Assembly: GCA_001949185.1 (NCBI GenBank)
Contig: BDGG01000001.1
Location: 9,269,085 to 9,333,084 of the forward strand
From: Ramazzottius varieornatus
Taxonomy: Eukaryota; Animalia; Tardigrada
DNA length: 64,000 nucleotides
Reading direction: 5' to 3'
The notes under the pieces were generated by a model that saw only the letters and a list, made by a program, of their open reading frames with translations, did not search any database and was not told the origin of the DNA. Shown here in pieces: positions 37,610-49,984 of this stretch. How positions within the stretch are numbered: the first letter of the stretch is position 1; the number at the start of each line of letters is the position of its first letter. Made by a program: the position numbers and the translations under genes.

Positions 37610-38171
37610 AGGAGGCACGCTGTGCGGAAGGGGAAACTATCGCGGTTCGCAACTGTAATGATGCTGCCCGTTCTTACGGTAAACGGTCATCGTTGACTGT
37701 TGGTGGAAGTCTTCTTTTTTATTGACAATGAAAGTGGACTTTGGTGGTCTTTCAGTCGAAGTACGAGTACATGTCTTAACAAATTTGATTGTATTGTGTT
37801 TCTAAGTTAGGAGTATTTCTCAGACGTCAGCTTTTGGTTGCGGTTTGTTTTATTTGGGAGCAGTGGAGAAGCTTCGTGGGACGCGAAGGAATATCTAGAC
37901 TTTATTTACCGAAGTGATGGTGGATGCGACTGTGTAAAGTGTACAGTACTAACGGATGACCGGTTTGCATTCGAGCCAAACATGGTAGACGAACCTAGGT
38001 TTGCTCTGGGAATGTTGGATGATTGCTTCGGTTTGTGCGGGATATGAGGATGATATCAGAATAGGGGAGCGTTTTACGCTACTTTTTGGCCGGTAAGAGA
38101 AACCTCCATTTGGTGTCGAGCACGTGACGTCACTGCGGGCCGCGGTAAGCTCAGGTTTAGTGGAAACAAAG

Positions 38172-41100
38172 TTAGGTGGGCGGAAACTGGTCATGGAGGT
38201 GATTTTCTTTGGAAGGTACAGGCCGAAGGAAAGTTTCTTCCGGCTGCGGTGGCGTACCAGCGGGATTGTGCAGTTGAGGAAAGGCCATACTGTTGTCTGC
38301 CGACCGTTCGTCTATCCGCTCTAACAAGGGAGCGGTGGCGCTCGGCGCGATGAAACGCATCTGCAGCATTCCTCCATCTTCATCCTCGTCGTCGCTTCCC
38401 TCTTTCCGTCTGAAAAAAGACGTAACTTTGTCGTGCTGATTTTCTGCGGCTGAGCGGACACGGTATATCGAGAGTACTTACTTTTGCAATGAGGTCGCGG
38501 CAGTATAAGGGACAACAACATGGAGCGTTTCCGGCTGGATGTTAAACTTGGCCACATCATTATGGCCTTCTTCCGCCATGCTGCTGAGGCTAGCCACATG
38601 CATCAAGGAGGCTCTCCTCTGTGCTGGATCTCTGCCACCACTTCCGCTAGACTTTCGCTTATTACGTTCGATGGCGGCTGCTGCCGCAGCCACGGCCATT
38701 ACTTGCTCCACACCTGCCGGTCGAGCTGGCGCCGAAGCGCGACGGTTGCGACCCATGTTGGCCAAGTTGGTCATCGATGTTCCAACGCGAGTCAGGAAGG
38801 AGCGGACACTGGTCATGCCGCCTTGGGCCACCGTCGCTGTGGGGTTAGAGGGTCGCTGCCTGTTCAACAGCTGCTTCTCGGCCACTTTGGAGACGCGGAT
38901 AGTCCGTTGCGACATCTGGAAACCAATGTCGCTTTGCTCATCATCCACCAAGTTTGGATTGTATTTCTGGCGGAACTGCAAAACAACAGAACGACTAGTA
39001 CTTGTAATCGAATTCAGAGCGTCCGGCTTGCACGGCGGGATAACAACCACGAAACATCTCATTTTGTATTGTCAAAAGCTTCGTTGCTTGTTCAGTCTAG
39101 TCCAGTTTCTCGTTTTCTGTGCAACGACACGGAAATCGGAAGCCACAGAAGAAATTACCTGGACATGAGGTCCATGTTTGGCAGCATGGTCCAGCGCTTC
39201 CAGCACATTTTCTTCCACGGTATGGCGCCGTCTACCACAGTGGCGCATGCTTCTAAGGCAAGCCAAGCAGGCGTTGGGTGTCCCTCCAGGCTGTTCAGCC
39301 TGCCGGGGCGAGGCGCGCCTGGGGGGCTCCACTGAGATGGAAGACGGCTCCACAGTCACCTGTACATCACGTTGAGCCAAGTGGGTTTGACTAGGATGCG
39401 GACGGCCAAAGTAAGGGTCCACATCGGAAATGCGGAAGCCGAAACCGCCAGCACTGGCTGTCGACACCGTCGAGCCCTCTCGGCGCATTGGACGTTGATG
39501 GGCTGCAGGAGCCGCAGTGGGTCCTTGAACTTGGGCAAAGTGCTCCCTGTCAAGAAAGTGTTGGGCGAATGAAAGCAACAGCGGAAAGTTCAGCTCTTAC
39601 TTGAGGGCTTGTTTAGCGTAGACATCGACGATGCTTTTATCGCGTGCAGTGGGTGTATTCTGTAGCCAGGGCTTGAAGTACTTTTCGTCATAGTACTCCA
39701 AGATTTCCCGGTAATAATTATGACCATGTCTTCCACTAATCTCTTCAATGCCACTCATAATGTGATCAAACAAGCTTAGGTTGATAGCTTTGAATATCGA
39801 TGGTCTTTTGGTATCAATCTTGCGGATTCTCAACAATTTGACCAGAGGTTTGATGGTGGTTCCTTGAATGAAGACGGTAAAGAGAATCACAACGACCGTG
39901 GTCGTCACAAAGATTTCCTTGCGGCAAAAGTTTTCCTTTTCCAATAAATTAGCCAGTGCGAAAGCTATGGCACCGCGCAGACCTCCGTACGACATCATAA
40001 TTTGCTCTTCAAAGTTCACCTGTCAAAAGGGTTACTCAATCAATTTTGGCGCTTTCCATCAAACAAGGAGGATGAGAACCTTTTGCATTCTATTGAAACG
40101 GTTGGCGAGCCAGGTCAAAGAGAAGACGCCGATGAAGCGATAGATGGTGGCAAAGACGATCGACCACAAGACGAAACCCGTATTCCATTCGTGCTGCTTC
40201 GGTTCAACAATGGTGTAACCCAGTACCAAGAAAATGATGGCATCACAAATCGCTCTGTAAAACGCTACATTAGGCCACAGGGCAACCATGCTTTGAAGGA
40301 ACTGTACAAGTTATATATGTCTCATCGGACTCTTACGCCAGCATCTTGCTGAAGTATTTGACGGTGGTTCGTGACTTGAAGGAGACGTTATGAACGGCAT
40401 ACTGCCATTGTAGCAGACCGCAGGTAATGATGGCGATGATGCCGGAGAGGTGGAAGAGTTCGCAGATGAGGTAGGACGAATAGGCCATGATGAACATAGT
40501 CAAAGGTTCCACAACGCGAACATGCTCGGTGTATCTCGTAATCACCTGAAAAACCTAGTCAATCCCAAAGAAAGGAGAGATTAATTTCTAAAGAGCTTAC
40601 CGCGGTAAAGATGCCACACACCGCTCCAATAACCAGTCCGCCCACACTGACTACAAAAAATTTGGCGACACCCAGCCAGACATCTTTGATGGTTACTTCC
40701 GCTTGCCCGGCGAAGGCTGTCATCATTTGATATAGCACTACCGTTACCGCATCATTCAGCAACGATTCACCAAAGAGGAGGAAGTATAACATTGCGTTCA
40801 CCCTGTGCAATAAATCGGTAGATTTACCCTACATGTACTGTAGAAGCTGACAGGAATTTTTTCATTCTTCATCGGTAAAGATTATCAGTTAAATAGCTGG
40901 AACTTTTCGGAGGATATTACTCTGACTTTTGCTCGGACCTCTCCGAGGGAAGCGTACCCCACTTCTTGGAAGATGGCCAATACCGCCACCGGATCGACGG
41001 CCGACAACAAGGCACCAAACGCTAGACACTCAATCAGCGTAAGGTGAATTCCTCCTGCCAGGTCAATCGCTCCTCCTTTCAACAGTCCCCACAATGTCGG

Positions 41101-41866
41101 TCCAATGGCGAAAGTGTTGAACAAGGTCCCGAAGACGGCGTAGGTCAGAATCGTTCCCAAATTATTTGTAAACTCTCTGCCAAGCAAGACCCACCATGTG
41201 AAGTGTCGCCACCGTAAGGCCGGAAACAAATCGACCTGGGTTGGCTATAGCGTAACTTACTTACCTGTCGTGTAAAGAATAAGCGCTCTCTAACATGATG
41301 GGCGGCAACAGATAGTAGAAGAAAATATTGGTATTAAACGCCAAGTAGTCGGCTTTCAAACAAGGATTATAGGTCGTAGCCAACTTGATCAGACCTCCAG
41401 CAGCCACGCCCAGTATAATTAGGACGCAGGACTCTGGCAGGATCGTTGACAAAAAGTCGGCATGGTGAAAACCGATCTTCAGCAGCGACGTCAGCAGTAA
41501 AAAGACGGTGATGACCAATGGTAGCTCGACTTGTTCCCAGTTGAGGGAGAGAACATGGACACCGACAGCGTGCTCCGCATGAGGGACGGCGGAGCGGTTG
41601 CATAGATCGGGCGGTGGCTCGGGCAGCAGGCACTTCTTTGGTGCGTGTCGGTGGGAGTCCTCGTCGTACAAGCTGCTGCTGGCTGCTGAGCGACGAACGC
41701 GTGAAAAGAAGTCCGACCAGAGGGATCGAATGGCCCGAGCATCCCGCGAGATTTGCGAGGACGATGGTAGGTCAACTTGCGTTAGGAGACAAACTAAACC
41801 AAAGGTTAGTGCCACAAGGAACAGAACAATCGTCTCGAGCGAGAAGGGTATGAAGAAGCGCGGCAT
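38172..41866 (-). CDS. SLC9A plasma-membrane Na+/H+ exchanger (NHE2/3-like), multi-exon
   Basis: LPESCVLIILG; FFYYLLPPIMLES; NLGTILTYAVFGT; LSAVDPVAVLAIF; FGESLLNDAVTVVLY; YGGLRGAIAFAL; FTVFIQGTTIKPLV; long cytosolic tail. Termini approximate. Confidence 0.95.
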
Positions 41867-42681
41867 CGGAAAGAGCACGGCTGTTGCCAGATGAACATTA
41901 CGGCGTCAGAACGTCGAATACCATTCAGCGTACAATTAGTCGCTTTCAACCTGCAGACTACGGTGGTACAGCTGGTAGAAACAGTTCATAAGGACCGACA
42001 ATGTTTACGTCCACGGGATTAGCTAGTTGTTCGCTCAAGTTTCTGACAAGCTTCTTCGTCTCGGTAAAAACATTCCTTTTCTGACGTAATAATCCTGATG
42101 CGAAAAATTCGGTTGACAGTCAACTAGCCCGTTTTGAGTTTCGAGTAAAGTAACCTTTATTATGGGATGAGATGGAAGCGAGACTGTCTGATAAAATTAA
42201 CGTGAAGACGTATGCCGTACGAGCTTTTCTAGTTTGTCGGACTTATTCGATGCAGACAATCAGCTGAGCAATGAGCACAGACAATTCGCTACGACGTCAT
42301 CTCCGCAGCGACGGGACCTTTAGGCCTTTACTGTATCGCTAGCTAGTATGTAAGTTCACAGATTGACGTAAATATCATGCGGGAGTGTGGTTCGCTATGG
42401 AAACACATTTGGATACCTCAAAAGTCAGATAGCGTTGTTTCGAAAACAAAATAATCAATGCGGTATTCAGAGTCAAAGTGAAGAACCGTTGTAAAAGAAG
42501 ATACACAGATTAGTCCTCTCTGAAGAGCTACTTTTGATACAAGCTTGTATAATTACAGTACAGCTGCCGCTCCAGTGCTGTGTGTCCATAAACTGTCCCA
42601 TTGTTGCTGGTTGAGGCAAAGTTGCGTCGTAGATTAAGTTGCACTACTCCATAGACTTTCTACAGGAGCGGTCTCATCTAG

Positions 42682-45600
42682 TTATCTCGTAAATGATTTG
42701 GACAAACGGAGGATTTCCGTGTAGTCAGTCTTTTCTTTCTGCACAACAGACAGGGAAGGGACAGGCTCCTTCGAGCCATGAAGAACCAGGCGTAAACTGT
42801 GTAGCGAACCGACCGTCGAAAAGTCTGGTTCCGTCACGTTCACCTGCAATCAGCATAATTACGTATCGGATTCTTCACCGGTATTTTTTAGTGGAGCTTC
42901 GGATCGTTTACAACCCCTCGGGAAAGCCAAAAGAATGAAACTGGCTCACGTGGCTCTCGAATATCACTGTCCACGTTCCGGCGGGGTCCTCGCCCCAGTT
43001 GTGGACCGAAATGAAGGGCCAGCTGTTAAGTCCGTCCGACGAATGGTCCATATAGCGCGGTGGAGCTATCAGAGTTTTCGTGCCTGCAGATACAGTACGT
43101 TCATCCACGTCATCGATGCACCCACTGCAGTGCATACATCTCTACTACATACAATACTATAACATAAGTGTAAATACCCCGAAGAGACCTGAGATTCAAT
43201 TTGTTGTAGGAATTTGGAGCAATGACAGAATCTCGGTACAGTATTCAGCATAAATTACCCGCGGGACTGATTAGGGAAATGCGGAGTGCGCCACGTTGGA
43301 CATGAGAGAGGGATACGATGAGCTCGGTCTGTTCCAGATGGCGCACCTCGTTAGGAGTGCCTTGGCAGGCTTGGGTTCGAACCTGAACTTCCAACGGCCT
43401 GTCCTTGGTCAGAAATCTAACAATATGGGTTATTGTGAATGAAGGCCCTTGCACATGCTGTAAAAGACCGTGAAAGACATCAACTGACATGTTTTCTACG
43501 CCGGCCTTGCGTACAATACATTTAGTTTTCGGTGGTACCGTCAACCAGCTCTTGGCAGTCTTGACCAGCTTGGCGGCGTTCAGCAGACCAAATCCGAAGG
43601 CTGGACTGACCAGCAAACCCACACCGTTCCTCGACCATCCGGGATTGCTGAGCAGAGGAAGAGGATCGGCACTCCAGGCTATGATATGCTTGACATCACG
43701 CCACGTGACGTTCGGACTGATACAACCGAGGGAATTTTTATACAACTACGCTAAGAAAGGTCGAAAGCACAGCTCTTTTGTTGTGAAGCAGGCGTTCTTA
43801 CTTGCTTTCTAGCATAAGGGCAATCATTCCTGCAGGAAGAACTCATGACATACTGTATCTGGACCATGCTCGATCCTGGTCCAGATACAGTATGTCATGA
43901 GTTCTATCATACCGGCAGCCAAAGGTGCGGAGGCGGAAGTTCCTGTATGTTCTGCCGTACAGCCATTTAGAATATCCGAGCTAACCTGTAAACAACACAG
44001 AGATATGGCTGCGTTGTGAATCGGGATAATTTTCTTACGATTTTGCCTTCTGTCAGGGAACCACTGGAGTACGTCACTGCCATGGTCGAGGGGCAAATCT
44101 CGCCGTAAATGGGGAAGTTGCCGTGCTCGGTGGCGCTGCCGATGCTGATAGTGTAGATGTTGGAAGCGTAACCGTCGTAGGCACAAGAATCCGCCACAAT
44201 TCCCCCATTACCTGCGTAAAACGATTAGAAAAAGATTTAAAAATATGAAGTTGTGACTGAGGACATGACCAGTTTCGTTCGACGGCAAAAACATTGTCTT
44301 GTACCGGAAGCCCAGACGTAGATGACTCCTTTGCCGTTTCGTCCCTGCAAAAAGACATTGACGCATCTCGTAACACGAAGAGAAGACAGCCAGACGGTTG
44401 ATGGAAGTGGTGAGGATAGTTAACCGACCTGGGTGATGCCCTTTTCCAGTGCACGAGATGCCATTAAACCTGGTCCCTCTACTGATTTACCATCGTCGCT
44501 CGGTCCCCATGAGGAACTGTAAATGTCGATGTAGTGGTTGTTGAAGGAGAAGGCTTCGGCTTCCACGCGATCGGTGACGCTGCCATCCAGCATGCGGATA
44601 CCGCCGATCTTAGCGTTAAAGGCAATACCCACCTATAAATATTCGCCCACTTCCCTCACCATTCATCTTCTTTAACTTTTCTTTCGAAGTCGAAGGAATA
44701 TCCACAACCACAAAATTATACCCACCCCGCAAAAGTTGTTGTTGGCTTGCATGGCTACTTCACCGGCACACCTGGTAAAGAATAACTCGCTGAATGAACC
44801 ACCCCCCCCCCACAGTTGGATGAAACACGGACGTTTACCTGGTTCCATGATGTGTCTCTTCTGGACTATCATATCGCGGGGTCGGATCTCTGTCTTCCCC
44901 ATTGATATCCGTACTGGCCTCCGGGTCCTTCGCCAAAGAGAAAACACATCGGCACAAGCAACACCGCAAAAGCGGAAAATCTTGCAGAATCGTGAATGAT
45001 AAAGGGATGAATTACTTACGTAATTTTGGACCAGGTCGGTATGGTTAGTCTCAACTCCTGCAGGGAGACAAAAAGGGGCGTTGATACCCTGGGAAATGAT
45101 TTTGACGCTGCTTTATTACCGTCATCCAGGATAGTGACGACTACTCCTCGACCAGTATAACCGGCCTCCCACACTGGTACTACGTTGAGGCTAACCATCT
45201 TTGGCATCGAGTCAAGTTCGAATGCCGGCACCGGCAACGTTTCATTACCGTCAATATCTCGCGAAGAACGGAAAGCAGTATGAAATTTCAACTGCGAAGG
45301 GTCCGATGGAACCTGGTCAGCAATATCATTGGAAACATTGCAATCCATTTTACAGTTTTGTCAGAGGCGTTTTACCTGGTTGACTCTCAAGTACCATTGG
45401 TTGTTCCACATGGGATCGTCGAATGGACCAGGGGGTTCTCCAACATCAGGCGATGCAAGAACGGCCTTGTTAGGGTTAAGATCGATTGTTGGAAGTTTTC
45501 CGTCGTCCCATGGCTTCAGAAGGATGGTAGGGGAGAGTGGCGAGTCAACTTTCAGACTGGTCCGAATTCGGGAGTCTAACCAACGCTTTGACTGTAGTGG

Positions 45601-46188
45601 AATCTTTTGCGAAACAAAGTCCCGCTTCTGACGAACTTTGGCTACTTGACGCTCGGCCCATTTCACCTGGTTTGTAAACAAAAACAGCAATTCCTTTCTT
45701 GTTCATCAACAAAGCGGAAGCCCGAACAAACTCGACTTGCGGGCTTTGATGGCTGTAGTAAGCTCATTGATTTTAGTTTTTCTGCCGCATTAACATACTC
45801 TAGGATCACCGGGAAAAAAGCCATCTGCTCCAGCGGGGTCAGCTGTCCTTCGAACTCGCAGTGCATTACCGAGATTTGTTTGACGAAAAAGGTAGATATC
45901 GGGGCCCAGACTGTTATGGTACTGGTAAGAAAAAGTAACACAAAAAGATAACTTCCACTGTACGAGCATGAGAATAAGAAGTGGGAAACTGGGCAATTCT
46001 ACCTGCTTGACAAGTTGAAGATCATAATCGTCGGCCAATTCTCTGGCCACCTCCACACCATCGGGTATTTGAACCAGCCATTCATAGCCTCCAAACTCGG
46101 AGGCTTTTTCTTCAGAGGCGAAAGTCGATAGCTCGATCAAACAACTGGCCACTGCCAAAAAAATAATGGCCAACGAGTGGAGAACCAT
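42682..46188 (-). CDS. Soluble subtilisin-like proprotein convertase, PC1/3 (PCSK1)-like, many short exons
   Basis: Signal peptide; prodomain ending RQKR|DF; [12 protein letters not shown]; catalytic [27 protein letters not shown] and [13 protein letters not shown]; P-domain [13 protein letters not shown]. Stop shortly after LVLHGS, with no Cys-rich or TM region. Confidence 0.9.
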
Positions 46189-46850
46189 TGTGCTGCAGTC
46201 AGTTTAAAGGCTGGTTCTTTCTTCACAACCTTCAGCATTCTCGACAGAACATCGAGGTCACATTCTGCAGCAAACCACCGCCAAACAAGATTGTGGAGAG
46301 AAGCGAAAATTTCTCCAGCCGCAAGACTGAAGCATGAACTACGAGGAGTGACTGGGTGTCTAAACGAGACAATCACTACAGGACGCCAGGCTGGAAGTGC
46401 CCGGAATAATAAGAAGGTGTTATGGACGTTAATAGGAAAGATGACAGCGTTGACTTATGACGCTGGCTGGTCAACGGAGCGTTGTTTCCGATTGCACAAA
46501 TATAATTGAGTAGCGTGTCACTTGAGCAGTACCAAGTCTCCTCACGTACTGCATGCAATTCTTGATTGCCTCGTTATCATGCATGACAAGACTTCCTATT
46601 GCTCTTGCTCTCCCCGGTCTTACTACTACAGCCTATTCTCCGCAGATTTCACCGGATCAGAATACTCTTTTCTGTCCTTTGAAATTTCTTGCAGCAGACA
46701 TTGTTCCCTTGTTGGATGGCTTATTCTCTCATGCACAGTGACATTGCGAAACAGAGACGCAGGCACTTGAAAAGTCGGCTCAATAGGTTCTTCGAGTATA
46801 AAACGATGCACAAGAGCCTCCGGAGAAAAGCGAAAGACAAACACGATACC

Positions 46851-49668
46851 TTACAGGGTAGATCTGGAGAGTTTTTCGTCCAGAGACGAAGATGATGGTT
46901 GGGCCGACATCATGTATGTCCAGTCCGTATCCTTGCGCCTGATCGCTTTTGAATGTGGTCGTTCATACACTCCGTGATCCACATATGTGTTCTGCAATGC
47001 ACACACAGGGAACCAATCAAAACTTTTAAGGTTGAGCAAGACGAGGCTCGGTACGACTGTGGAAGACACGAACTGTGCTTTGGGAAACCATGCGGTGAGC
47101 GTCATTGCGCTTTCGGGCTACAGGACCGCAGCTGCCTTCATTGCTGTAAATATTCACATTGGGCGTGATCTGAAGAAGCATGCATATAGTAAACGGCATA
47201 GTTTCTGCAGAAAGAAGGCGCAGTGATATACCATTTCACGGTGGACGGCCTTCAGTTGTTCGGCGTCATTGGGCCTATACTCATGACGGTACTCGGTGCC
47301 AGTGTGTAGTACTTCCGAGTCGTCTTTTTCCATCTTGAACCACGAATTGGCTCTCGGCAGCACCTTCTGGGCTGGGCTGGCTTCCATAGCCGTCCGCTAT
47401 TAATATTCAAAAGTTTGTTTCAAGGAAACTAGCCTTCTAGGAGTGACGACATGCAGTGTAGCATGACTGAGCTACTCTTTGCAGCACCATAACTGACCTG
47501 AAGAACCCCAGAATGGGCGGTATAGACTTACAAGAAAGAGACACAAGGACATACCGTTGCGTTGAATCCACTGTGATACTCGGTGTCCGTGTCCATCTTA
47601 ATTGTCGGTACAGCGTAAGGCCGTAAAGGCGCACCTTTCCTTCCCACTTCAATCTAGGGCAGAAAACAGAGTCAAATTGACTGGTCAATACAGTTCTCAA
47701 TTTCAGTTACAAGCAAATCTCAATCTGTGTTTCGTCTCGTCCCGGAGGATAGGCGACCCTGTTTTCTGTAGTTAGAATGGACATGTGGTGTCAGACTGAT
47801 TACATACGGGTTTAACGGTGTATTTAGCTTGTTGTTCGGTCTGCATTTCGTTAAAGTCATGCGGTGGCTGGTACTCCTGATGCGGAAGGAACGGTGCGGC
47901 TTTTTTGCCATCTTTCGCTCCGAACTGGTCGCTATACGTGCTGGATTGCGCCATCTTGTCTTCTGGAAGGTGATACACCATGTGCGGTCGGTGCTTCCGC
48001 TCCACTTCCAGCTGTTAACAGAAGCAAAAATTGTACTGGAGAAATAGGCATCGTATTGGCTCATACTATTGGGTGATACTTACACATTTCTCATCGAATT
48101 GTTCATGGGCCTCGGATCGCAAGACCGTAGGATGATCGTGCGGCATGTGGAATTCCTCAACGTGCCGAATAGCCGCAGGCTTGCTTACCTCCTGTTTGAC
48201 AAAGTCTTCCTTGTAGGACGACTGTCCATCCATTCTTTCTACTGGCCGCGAGTAGTGCTTAAAAGGCGCTTGTCGTCTGTCCATTGTCATCTAGAAAAAA
48301 AGACATAACCTTTAGTCAGTGTTCAAGATATCTCGTGTATATCGTCACGAACAAACCACCTACGGCACCTAGTATGTGGCACGTAGTCCTGACCACTGGG
48401 GATGCCGGGTGGAAGCGTTGAAGTTAATGCTGAAGAACACCTATCAGCAACCACGCCGCAGGTCGGGGAATCGAATCAGGATCTGGCTTTCGCGAATCAT
48501 CAACCGCAGAAATATACTAGTCCTATTGGCGCTACGGTTTTCTTCTGTTTCGTGTTGTATGGTCGATGACGTAAATAATATTCGCTCGGCCTTGATACCC
48601 TTAACACACAATCAATCAACCGCTTGATCGTGTGTCTAACCTTCCGGCAAGGCGAGTTACAGCAGCTTACCAGTGGTCAGGCGGCGGAGTTCGATACACA
48701 AAAGCGCCACGGATTGTAACGTACATTGAGATATTAGCGAAACAGTAGTTTTGCCCTTTTCCCACGAAGAACACTGACAAAGCCGTGCTGGGCGCCAACT
48801 CGCTAGGCGTACCCGCAGGAAAAAGGCAATGTTTGCCGGTATTTCCCACGACTTCCACACCTCACAGTGGGTCTTCAGGAGCGCAGTGCCTACTTACTGG
48901 TTTAGGCGTGAACTGGCTGCGCGTCACCGATTCTCCCTCCATATGGCCTTTCAGTGGTAACTGCTCCGACTGCGGAATATTCGGCTTTGCTTTTTGGACA
49001 CGGTCGTAGGCTGGGAAGTCGGACTTATTAGTACTGACTCCTTGCATCTTATCCGTTGGAGGAGCGAAGGCTTTGAATTGACGACCTTTCCGCTCGACGT
49101 CAATCTATGGTAATAGAGCATAAAGTAATTCCGCAAATCGAACAATCAACAAAATAGACCATCTAAGTTAGATGACGTAACTAAGCGCCAAGGAGAACAG
49201 TCTTACGGGCTTTTGTGTGTATGCGGCATTGCAACTTGATTCCATCTCACTGAAATCGTGGGGAGGAATGTACTCTTGCTTTGGTCGGATGGCTGGAACT
49301 CGTTCCACTTCGTGTGGCGGAAAGTCTGCTTCATAGGTGCTACTTTGCTGTAGCTTTTCTTCCGGCAGGACATATTTGTACTGGGGCCGCCCTTGTCGAT
49401 TGTTCTCCAACTGGCAAACACAAAAGGCGTAAGCGTGTTTTCTTCACGATCAACTGTTCATATCCAGCAACAAAAGCAGTACACGACGCGCAGAGGAACG
49501 ACCTACCGGTTTCTCGAAAAAGCTGGCCTGGTAGGTTGATTTGCCCTGGAACTTAATTGTGGGTTTCTTGTATTCATTTTTCCCAAAGACTCCCGGGTCC
49601 TTTCTCTGACCATCATTGGCAGAATGAACTTCTTCATGAACATGATGCGTTTTGATCTCGGTGGTCAT
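46851..49668 (-). CDS. Repeat protein, probably SAXO/FAM154-like (Mn/STOP-type microtubule-stabilising repeats)
   Basis: Repeated units KSTYQASF, SSTYEADFPPH, STNKSDFPAY, ESVTRSQFTPKP, QSSYKEDF, SSTYSDQF and GTEYRHEYRP at roughly 33-35 aa spacing, spread over short exons. Confidence 0.55.
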
Positions 49669-49984
49669 TTAGTACAGCGAAAGAATACAAGCATAAGATT
49701 ATAATACAGAGTATGCAATATGACTAGGTAGGTGACAATTGGGCTAAAACATGTACATCAACCGTTCTAAATAGATTCTCTGTAAAACGGAGGCGGCAGA
49801 TACTACAGTCACCACGGTTAGAGATTCAAATTCTAACTGACCAAGATGGGCAACACCAGGGTTGCTTAGAGTCTGAGGAACGTGGTGAAGAAGGTCAACA
49901 TCCGTTCCTACCACCGGGACGAGCATAACCTCAAGAAACACTTGTACAGGACTAGGCTTTGGCATCTTACGCGAGACTATCCCG

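Noticed and set aside
38520-39335. 271-aa and 209-aa plus-strand ORFs
   Set aside because: Antisense to the NHE C-terminal exons, with no independent evidence.
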